Below are positions 55,425-64,000 of a stretch of 64,000 bases of DNA, one piece after another. Under the pieces are notes generated by a model. It saw nothing but the letters and a program-made list of their open reading frames with translations. It had not been told where the DNA came from and did not search any database. This DNA is from Deferribacteres bacterium (GTDB lineage Bacteria > Zhuqueibacterota > Zhuqueibacteria > Zhuqueibacterales > Geothermadaptataceae): NCBI GenBank assembly GCA_020633675.1, contig JACKDE010000003.1, positions 580,542 through 644,541 on the forward strand, written 5' to 3'. The position numbers were made by a program, and so were the translations under genes. Numbering within the stretch: position 1 is the first letter of the stretch; the number at the start of each line of letters is the position of its first letter.

Positions 55425-56030
55425 TTACCAGGCAACGTCAATTTTTTGCAATTGGCGCTCCACGCGTACAGCGCGTTCAAGCTTCTTCAGGTAGCTCTCT
55501 TTGTCGATCAATGTTGCGCCAAAGCGGCTGAGCAGATCGGTCACCATCTGGATATCGAAAAGCAAAAAATCAGCCGCGCGCAACCAGTATCCCAGGTGCG
55601 CCAACGCTACTTTGCTGGCATCGCGCTGCAGATGAAACATCGATTCGCCAAAAAATGCACCGCCAACAGCCACGCCATACAGTCCGCCAACAAGCCTTTC
55701 TCCGGCCCAGGCTTCAACGCTGTGGGCATGGCCATTTTTATGCAAATTGGTATAAGCGGCAATGATCTCGTCCGTTATCCACGAAGATGAACGCACATCC
55801 TTGCATGCTTTGATCACAGCAGGAAAATCCCGGTTCAGCGTAACCCCGAAGCGATTTTGGCGCAAAATTCGCCTGAGATCATGAGGAATGTGGAACGCAT
55901 GCAGCGGCACAATGCCACGCGGATCGGCTTCATACCAATTGACATTGCCGTACTCATCCCCCATCGGGAAAATGCCCTGGCGATATGCATTGATTAAACT
56001 GCGTGGAGATAGGTCAATTCCGAACTTCAT
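55425..56030 (-). CDS. aat: Leucyl/phenylalanyl-tRNA--protein transferase
   Basis: L..AY..GIFPM.......WY..DPRGI.PL..FH.P..L.R.L and HS.E.W....LVGGLYGV..G..FFGESMF match the Aat signature. Confidence 0.9.
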   Translation of the reverse strand: MKFGIDLSPRSLINAYRQGIFPMGDEYGNVNWYEADPRGIVPLHAFHIPHDLRRILRQNRFGVTLNRDFPAVIKACKDVRSSSWITDEIIAAYTNLHKNGHAHSVEAWAGERLVGGLYGVAVGGAFFGESMFHLQRDASKVALAHLGYWLRAADFLLFDIQMVTDLLSRFGATLIDKESYLKKLERAVRVERQLQKIDVAW

Positions 56031-56139
56031 TCTGCTCTTTCAGCCGCCACTTTTCTTTTGCTTTGAAAATTTTTAAATTTCTTTGCAACTGTTTTGTGAA
56101 ACTGCCGTTGATATGGCTTGAGTGCTTTTCCCTCCCTCC

Positions 56140-56178
56140 AAAGGCTCTGATACTATTGTTAGTATCAGAGCCTTTTTT
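56140..56178 (+). terminator. Strong orphan intrinsic terminator (possibly the 3' end of an unannotated small RNA)
   Basis: ggctctgatacta (56143-56155) pairs with tagtatcagagcc (56160-56172) in a 13-bp perfect stem. A-T pairs extend it to 16 bp, the loop is ttgt, and TTTTTT follows at 56173-56178. No plus-strand gene lies upstream of it in this intergenic region. Confidence 0.7.
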
Positions 56179-56302
56179 ATTGCGTGGCGCGTTTTTTATT
56201 GCTTTTCTTAAGGGAGTTTGCTATTTGTAAAATTTTAAATGACGCACAAAATGCGCCTGCGATCACAAACCGGTCGTGTCGCTTTCCCATAAGGAAATCG
56301 TT

Positions 56303-56563
56303 ATGAATCGCATAGAAAGCGAAATTGGACTTACATTTTTTGCAATTCTTGTTGTATTTTTCGCTTATGTATTTATCGCTTCTATCATCGAAGGATTAAA
56401 AAATAAATTTCACTGGCGCTGGGGACTGATCATCCTGTTTGCGTTACACTCTTTTTATGTGTTTGGCTCTGACAGTGGCACATTTCAGTTTATGTGGGAT
56501 AAAGCAAAAGAGTTCATCGAATCCCCGCCGTGGAGCGATAGCACAGAACAACCACAACAGTAA
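56303..56563 (+). CDS. Hypothetical small membrane protein
   Basis: 86 aa from the ATG at 56303, which has SD aagga. Two TM segments and no recognised family. Confidence 0.4.
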   Translation: MNRIESEIGLTFFAILVVFFAYVFIASIIEGLKNKFHWRWGLIILFALHSFYVFGSDSGTFQFMWDKAKEFIESPPWSDSTEQPQQ

Positions 56564-56684
56564 TTGGCAAAATAGAACGATTTCTTTTAAACTGCAAGCG
56601 CAGAATCGAGACATCCATCACCTGCGCAGGCACTCGCCGGAGATAGCTCACCAGTCGATCCACAAGCAAAGCCATTTATGACCA

Positions 56685-57557
56685 ATGATGGAAATGCAAA
56701 CTGACAACGCCCAATCATCAACTGCAACGCCTATATTGGAACCTTCTCATTTTGTACAGCCTGCAAGATCCTTTCTCAGCCATTTTGGTATCGATCTCGC
56801 CCAAAGGCCCGGCATTGACTCGCTGACAGCCGTGTTGAAGGCATTCATGCAAATTCCTTATGAAAATCTCTCAAAAATCATCAAATTTGGACGCGAGCAT
56901 CAGGATGTCGCCAGCTTGCGCATGCCGGATGAAGTATGGGAAGATTTTCGGCAGTATCGGCTTGGTGGCACCTGTTTCTCGCTGACCTTTTTCCTGCGCA
57001 GCATCGTCGAAACGCTTGGCTTTGCCTGCTACCCGGTAATGGCGCATATGAAAGCCGGACCAAACCACCACTGCGCGCTGGTCGTCGATTTTGAAGGCGC
57101 GCACTACTTGCTCGATCCGGGTTATGTACTCGATGTGCCGATCCGCATCGACGGCGGGCAGCGCCGGCAATACCGCAGCGCTCATGCCGGTGTCGAACTG
57201 CGAAACGCCGACACTGCTCTCCAGTATCATCTGTACACTTTCACGCACGAAAAAATGCAATGGCGTTACACCTTTGCGGATGTTCAGGTCTCAGGCGCAG
57301 ATTTTTTGCAGCACTGGCTGAACTCTTTTTCGTGGAACGGCATGAACGGCTTGTGCCTGACCAAATCGCGCCAGGATTCGCTGATTTTTATCCACAAACA
57401 TTTTATGCGGGAAACGGGCATTGCAGGCAGCAAGAAAAATTACAATCTCAAACAAAACCGCGAGCAGATGATCAAGGAAATCTTCGGAATTCCTGCCGAG
57501 ATCGTCGAAGCAGCAGAGGCGGCGGTGCAGGACCGCTTGCGAAAATTGCGTGGGTAA
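56685..57557 (+). CDS. Arylamine N-acetyltransferase (NAT)-like family protein
   Basis: IPYENLSKI and RLGGTCFSLTFFL (catalytic Cys context, compare GGYCF.LN), with a later HCALVV segment (candidate His of the triad). Confidence 0.55.
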   Translation: MMEMQTDNAQSSTATPILEPSHFVQPARSFLSHFGIDLAQRPGIDSLTAVLKAFMQIPYENLSKIIKFGREHQDVASLRMPDEVWEDFRQYRLGGTCFSLTFFLRSIVETLGFACYPVMAHMKAGPNHHCALVVDFEGAHYLLDPGYVLDVPIRIDGGQRRQYRSAHAGVELRNADTALQYHLYTFTHEKMQWRYTFADVQVSGADFLQHWLNSFSWNGMNGLCLTKSRQDSLIFIHKHFMRETGIAGSKKNYNLKQNREQMIKEIFGIPAEIVEAAEAAVQDRLRKLRG

Positions 57558-57629
57558 CTCTAACTTTGCGAAAAACAAAGTATATTGCCGCCAGTACAAG
57601 CTTTTGAACTCAGACCCGGCTATCGTGTC

Positions 57630-57652
57630 GAATAGATTCTTGCCAGAATGAC
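57630..57652 (-). repeat. Short-loop copy of the GTCATTCTG...AGAATCT repeat
   Basis: The reverse complement is gtcattctggcaagaatctattc. It shares the 12-mer cgtgtcattctg with the copy at 29709-29746 and is embedded in an 8-bp outer stem (57622-57629 with 57650-57657). Confidence 0.45.
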
Positions 57653-57729
57653 ACGATGGGTGCCTCCGTTGATGACATCGGCAGATGACTTCATGGACTT
57701 TCATTTTTTGGTAAATCCGAGAGATCAAT

Positions 57730-58257
57730 ATGGCAGAACCGACATCTGCAGACCCGGTAAAATTATTCGCGGCAGTGCTTTTCGCCGACAAAAACGCTCT
57801 CGAGCAAACGCGTACCTTGCTGATCGAAGAATTTGGCACGATCGACTACACCAGCCCCGTATTTTCATTTGAACATTCGGACTACTATGCAGAGGAAATG
57901 GGCTGGCCGCTTTTTCGCATATTTTACAGTTTCCACCAACTGGTCGATCCGGGCGCGCTGGCGACCATCAAGCTTGTTTCAAATCGCATCGAGCAGCAGC
58001 TGGCACACGCTGGCAAGCGCAGCATCAATATCGATACCGGCTACGTCGACTACGGCAAAGTGGTGCTGGCTTCGATGAAATTTCACAATCAAAAAATCTA
58101 TCTCGGCGATGGCGTGTATGCCGATATGAACCTGCTCTACGAAAAAGGCCATTTCAAAACGTTCGATTGGACCTTTCCGGATTTTGCCGGCGATACCTAC
58201 GAAAAAATATTGCTGCACATTCGCAGCAAATACAAAGCAGACAGAAGAAGGGAATAA
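57730..58257 (+). CDS. DUF4416 family protein
   Basis: PVKLF.A.L........T...L...FG.ID..S..F.F..S.YY..EMG and INIDTGY..Y.K.VLAS.K match the remembered DUF4416 pattern. Confidence 0.6.
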   Translation: MAEPTSADPVKLFAAVLFADKNALEQTRTLLIEEFGTIDYTSPVFSFEHSDYYAEEMGWPLFRIFYSFHQLVDPGALATIKLVSNRIEQQLAHAGKRSINIDTGYVDYGKVVLASMKFHNQKIYLGDGVYADMNLLYEKGHFKTFDWTFPDFAGDTYEKILLHIRSKYKADRRRE

Positions 58258-58259
58258 AA

Positions 58260-59402
58260 TTGCATCTTTACCAAAAAACCAGCCATTATTTTGCCCAACT
58301 CCCGGATGATAGCAAGGATTTGGCGTTGCGGGAATTGCACAGCCTCGGTGCGGAAGAGTTGCGGCCTGTGTATCGCGGTATTCGCTTCAAAGCCTCGCAC
58401 GAAGCGCTCTATCGCATCAATCTGTGTTCGCGGCTGGTTCATCGCGTGCTGGCGCCGCTGAAAACATTTGACTGCCACTCCGATAAATATCTTTACAAAA
58501 CGGCGCTGAAAGTCAAATGGGAAACACTGCTCGATCCGAGCAGGACGCTGGCGGTGTTTTCAAGTGTATCGGACAGCCGAATCCGGCATTCTCAATATGC
58601 AGCATTGCGCCTCAAAGACGCGATTGTCGATTATTTTCGTGTGCGCCATGACAACAAGCGTCCATCAATCGATACGGTGAATCCGGATGTCTGGATCAAT
58701 TTGCATATTCGCAACAACAAGGCCACCATCAGCCTCGACACCTCCGGTGGATCACTGCATCGGCGTGGCTATCGCAGAAAAACGATTGAGGCGCCGATGA
58801 TGGAAACCCTGGCTGCCGCCATTTTGCAGCACACGGAATGGGATGGCAACACGCCATTGTATGATCCGTTTTGCGGCTCCGGCACCATTTTGTGTGAGGC
58901 GCTCATGTTGGCAGCAAACATGCCGGCAAATTTTTTGCGCAAAAGATTCGGCTTTGAGAACATGCCCGATTTCGATGCCGCTGTGTGGAAGAAAATCCGC
59001 GAGCAGGCCCAAAGCCAAATCAAGGCTGTGCCGACCGGACGCATCGCTGGCAGCGACAAATCGCCGCAAGCAGTGCAGGCAACCTTGCGCAATATCGGTA
59101 TGCTGGATAAAGGCAATGCCATTCAAATACAGCAAGCCGATGTTTTTGAACTGGAATCGCTTGCCAACACCACAATCGTCACCAATCCGCCCTATGGCGT
59201 GCGCATGACACAGGGCCGCGATAGCAGTGCTTTTTATCAGATGCTTGGTGATTTTCTCAAACAGAACTGCAAACAATCCACAGCCTTTATCTATTTTGGC
59301 GCCGCAGAAGATGTTAAAAAGCTGGGGCTCAAACCAGCTTGGAAAAAGTCCCTTGCCAACGGCGGTCTCGATGGCCGCCTGGCGAAATTTGAAATCTATT
59401 GA
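58260..59402 (+). CDS. THUMP-domain class I SAM-dependent RNA methyltransferase (RlmL N-domain/YpsC-like, COG0116)
   Basis: THUMP N-half, LYDPFCGSGT (SAM motif I) and the catalytic IVTNPPYG. The likely start is the TTG at 58260, 3 nt after the DUF4416 stop. The ORF-track start at 58167 overlaps the upstream gene. Confidence 0.8.
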   Translation: MHLYQKTSHYFAQLPDDSKDLALRELHSLGAEELRPVYRGIRFKASHEALYRINLCSRLVHRVLAPLKTFDCHSDKYLYKTALKVKWETLLDPSRTLAVFSSVSDSRIRHSQYAALRLKDAIVDYFRVRHDNKRPSIDTVNPDVWINLHIRNNKATISLDTSGGSLHRRGYRRKTIEAPMMETLAAAILQHTEWDGNTPLYDPFCGSGTILCEALMLAANMPANFLRKRFGFENMPDFDAAVWKKIREQAQSQIKAVPTGRIAGSDKSPQAVQATLRNIGMLDKGNAIQIQQADVFELESLANTTIVTNPPYGVRMTQGRDSSAFYQMLGDFLKQNCKQSTAFIYFGAAEDVKKLGLKPAWKKSLANGGLDGRLAKFEIY

Positions 59403-59455
59403 TAGCATTGTCATGCAAAAAACAGATCAACCACTTTTTTTCACAGGATCATAAA

Positions 59456-61786
59456 ATGTCAAAAGTAGAAGCCATCGCGCTGAAAAACAGTCTTTTTAAA
59501 GAAATTTATCGACCGACTGAAAACATCCGCACCATCGTCGTCGATCATTTCCCTGCGCTCGGCAAGCTCACTGCCATGCGCTTCGTCGAATGGGTGCAGG
59601 CCAATCCTGGCGGCGTGATATCGTTGCCGACCGGCAAAACCCCGGAGCATTTTATCAAATGGGTGCACCATCTCCTCAGCAACTGGGAAACTGCCGATGT
59701 GCGCCAGGAACTCGAGAACAACGGCATCGATCCGGGCATCAAACCCGACATGCAGAGCTTGCATTTTGTGCAAATCGATGAATTTTACCCGATCAAACCG
59801 ACGCAGCACAACAGTTTTTTCAATTACGTCAATCACTATTATATCAATGGCTTGTCACTCGATCCGCAAAAGGCATTGTTGATGGATTGCACCGAAATCG
59901 GTCTGGAAGAAGGCATGACCTTGGAAAATGTCTGGCCGAATTCAGAAGTCGATTTGTCGCTGCGCTATGAGCAGGCTAAAAATTCCCAGCAGCGGCGGCA
60001 GAAAGCCACATTGTCGCGCATCGATCAGTGGTGTCAGGAGTACGAGCAGCGCATCCGTAAACTCGGCGGTATCGGCTTCTTCCTGGGCGGCATCGGCCCG
60101 GACGGCCACATCGGCTTCAACACTCGCGGCTCGGACCATCATTCAACCACCCGCTTGATGCAGACCAACTACGAAACCCAGGCAGCAGCGGCAGGCGATC
60201 TCGGCGGCATTGAAGTGTCCCGCAAAAGACTGGTGATCACCATTGGCCTGGGGACGATCACCCACAACCCGGAGTGTGTTGCGATCATTATCGCTGCAGG
60301 TGAGGCCAAAGCGCGCATCGTCGCCGATTCAATACAAAACGAAGCGGATGTGCTCTACCCTGCCACAGCACTGCACAAGCTCGAAAATGCTCGATTTTAC
60401 ATCACCAAAGGGGCGGCAAAATTGATGGAAGAGCGCCAGCTTGCCATTATCAATCACAGCCCCGAACTCAGCGACGAAAAGATCGAAAGCATCATTATCG
60501 ATCTTGCGCTCAAAAACAAAAAAAGCGTCAGCGCGCTAAGCCGGGAAGATTTTCGCAGCGATCACTGTGCTTCTGCAATGCTCAAAAAGCGCCACGAAAA
60601 AATCGAAACGCTTACCGAGCAGGTCCATCGCAGCCTCGAGAGCAAGCTCGATAAGGCCGTCAACATCTACAAGAACACACGCTTTCTGCACACCGAGCCG
60701 CATCACGACGATCTGATGCTCGGCTATCTGCCGCACATTGTCCGCCATGTGCGCGATGCCAGTAACGTGCATTACTTTGCTTGCCTGACCAGCGGCTTTA
60801 CCGCCGTGACCAATACTTATATGACCAAATTGCTGGAGCGGCTCAACTATTTCATGCAGAAAAACAAATTCGATTCTTTGCTCAAAGAGGGCTATTTCAG
60901 AGCAGACAACATCAACGGGCGCAATCGCGATGTTTGGCAATATCTCGATGGTGTGGCCGCCAACAGTGCGGGCAAAAAAGAGAATGGCACCTCGCGCCGG
61001 CTGCTACGCAACCTGATGGAGCTTCAAAAGAGTGATGACCTCGGCAAAATCCAGCAAAAAGTGGATGAACTGAACGACTATTTCGCTAATTGCTATCCCG
61101 GCCAAAAAGATCGGCAGGATGTACAAACACTGAAAGGCATGTGCCGCGAATGGGAAGCGGAATGCTTGTGGGGCTATTTGGGCTGGTCGTGCGAGTATGT
61201 CAAGCACTTGCGACTGGGCTTCTACACCGGCGATATTTTCACGGAGGAGCCGACCCACCTGCGCGATGTTCCGCCGATTTTGAATCTGCTGCATGAAACC
61301 AGGCCGGATGTGCTGACGGTCGCGCTCGACCCCGAAGCCAGCGGCCCGGACACCCATTACAAAGTGCTGCAAGCCATCACCGAAGCGCTGCGGCAATATG
61401 TCGATGAGACCGGCCGCACCGACATCAAAATCTGGGGCTACCGCAATGTCTGGTATCGCTTCCACCCTGCCGAGGCCAATATTTTCGTACCGGTTTCGCT
61501 CAACATGTTCGCGATTATGCAAAACGCCTTTTTGAACACCTTCATTTCGCAAAAAGACGCCTCGTTCCCGAGCTATGAGCACGACGGGCCGTTTTCCGAG
61601 CTGGCGCAAAAAATCCAGGTCGAGCAATATCAGCACATCAAAACCTGCCTGGGACGCGAGCGCTTTTATGGCACTGAGAATCCGCTCATCCTGGCCACGC
61701 GTGGACTGGTTTATCTGAAAGAAATGACACTGGAAGAATTTTACGAAAAAAGCCGCCAACTCAAAAAGGCAGCAGAGAATCGTTAA
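59456..61786 (+). CDS. Fusion protein: N-terminal glucosamine-6-phosphate deaminase/6-phosphogluconolactonase-like domain plus a C-terminal PIG-L/LmbE-like (de-N-acetylase) domain
   Basis: The N-half has LPTGKTP and GGIGPDGHIGFN (NagB family). The C-half has LHTEPHHDDLMLG (PIG-L-type [AP]H.DD motif) and later LDPE.SGPDTHYK. 776 aa from the ATG at 59456. Confidence 0.65.
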   Translation: MSKVEAIALKNSLFKEIYRPTENIRTIVVDHFPALGKLTAMRFVEWVQANPGGVISLPTGKTPEHFIKWVHHLLSNWETADVRQELENNGIDPGIKPDMQSLHFVQIDEFYPIKPTQHNSFFNYVNHYYINGLSLDPQKALLMDCTEIGLEEGMTLENVWPNSEVDLSLRYEQAKNSQQRRQKATLSRIDQWCQEYEQRIRKLGGIGFFLGGIGPDGHIGFNTRGSDHHSTTRLMQTNYETQAAAAGDLGGIEVSRKRLVITIGLGTITHNPECVAIIIAAGEAKARIVADSIQNEADVLYPATALHKLENARFYITKGAAKLMEERQLAIINHSPELSDEKIESIIIDLALKNKKSVSALSREDFRSDHCASAMLKKRHEKIETLTEQVHRSLESKLDKAVNIYKNTRFLHTEPHHDDLMLGYLPHIVRHVRDASNVHYFACLTSGFTAVTNTYMTKLLERLNYFMQKNKFDSLLKEGYFRADNINGRNRDVWQYLDGVAANSAGKKENGTSRRLLRNLMELQKSDDLGKIQQKVDELNDYFANCYPGQKDRQDVQTLKGMCREWEAECLWGYLGWSCEYVKHLRLGFYTGDIFTEEPTHLRDVPPILNLLHETRPDVLTVALDPEASGPDTHYKVLQAITEALRQYVDETGRTDIKIWGYRNVWYRFHPAEANIFVPVSLNMFAIMQNAFLNTFISQKDASFPSYEHDGPFSELAQKIQVEQYQHIKTCLGRERFYGTENPLILATRGLVYLKEMTLEEFYEKSRQLKKAAENR

Positions 61787-61874
61787 TGGGTGAGGATCAT
61801 CCGGTGGGCAAAATGGAATCGCTTTGAAAAATCGATTTCATTTGTGTGAAAATTATTGGCAAATCAATAAAGCT

Positions 61875-61909
61875 ATCCCTGCCAGCATCGCATTGTTGCT
61901 GGCAGGGAT
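61875..61909. terminator. Bidirectional intrinsic terminator between the convergent NagB-fusion gene and acnA
   Basis: atccctgccagca (61875-61887) pairs with tgctggcagggat (61897-61909) in a 13-bp perfect stem with a 9-nt loop. T-rich tracts follow on both strands (ttgcttttt on plus, agctttatt on minus). It lies immediately after the acnA stop at 61917. Confidence 0.65.
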
Positions 61910-61916
61910 TTGCTTT

Positions 61917-64000
<2,084 letters not shown>

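Noticed and set aside
56003-56230. A 75-aa plus-strand ORF spanning the orphan terminator.
   Set aside because: It reads straight through a 13-bp perfect hairpin and a U-tract, starts inside the aat coding region, and has no RBS. It is spurious.

Overview
This 64-kb window is chromosomal and densely coding. It looks like an uncultivated, non-Bacteroidota member of the FCB group: genes have clear Shine-Dalgarno sites, some promoters are TTGACA-type, and four proteins end in T9SS/FlgD-type C-terminal sorting domains. That taxonomic placement is an inference. I found no rRNA, tRNA, CRISPR array, transposase or integrase.

Gene content from left to right:
- 1-5.3 kb: the 5' end of efp (minus strand), a class-V aminotransferase gene translationally coupled to a YprB-like exonuclease-TPR gene, a parvulin PPIase and an M14 carboxypeptidase.
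- 5.4-10.6 kb: a prkA-yeaH-spoVR operon with an extra fourth gene.
- 11.4-17.9 kb: comM, a Cys-rich membrane protein plus an orphan STAS protein, and DmpA peptidase-DUF2905-NfeD-SPFH.
- 18.6-28.1 kb: an eight-gene branched-chain amino acid operon, ilvD-ilvB-ilvN-ilvC-leuA-leuC-leuD-leuB.
- 29.9-47.9 kb: an 18-kb minus-strand Wzx/Wzy-type glycan locus. It has four glycosyltransferases, a nucleotide-sugar dehydrogenase, two heparinase II/III-like proteins, two eukaryotic-like kinase-fold proteins and a P-loop kinase.
- 46.4-55.4 kb: four secreted proteins with sorting domains (BNR propeller, G8/beta-helix, vWA-cohesin-dockerin, beta-helix). The BNR gene belongs to both this cluster and the glycan locus.
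- 55.4-64.0 kb: aat, an arylamine N-acetyltransferase-like gene, DUF4416 plus a THUMP methyltransferase, a NagB-PIG-L fusion, and the 3' part of acnA.

Most noteworthy observations:
1. A Leu/Ile-rich, CTA-codon-rich leader ORF with a promoter and stems upstream of ilvD may be a leader-peptide attenuator. The operon's LeuA lacks the C-terminal regulatory domain.
2. The glycan locus has unusual kinase and lyase-like content and is linked to CTD-tagged extracellular proteins, including a CEMIP/TMEM2-like G8 protein.
3. An orphan strong intrinsic terminator preceded by CCUCCCUCC may mark a small RNA.
4. A roughly 400-bp non-coding element is bounded by inverted repeats.
5. A small dispersed GTCATTCTG...AGAATCT repeat family occurs in intergenic regions.

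All functional calls come from reading the translated ORFs by eye against remembered family motifs. No database search was run.
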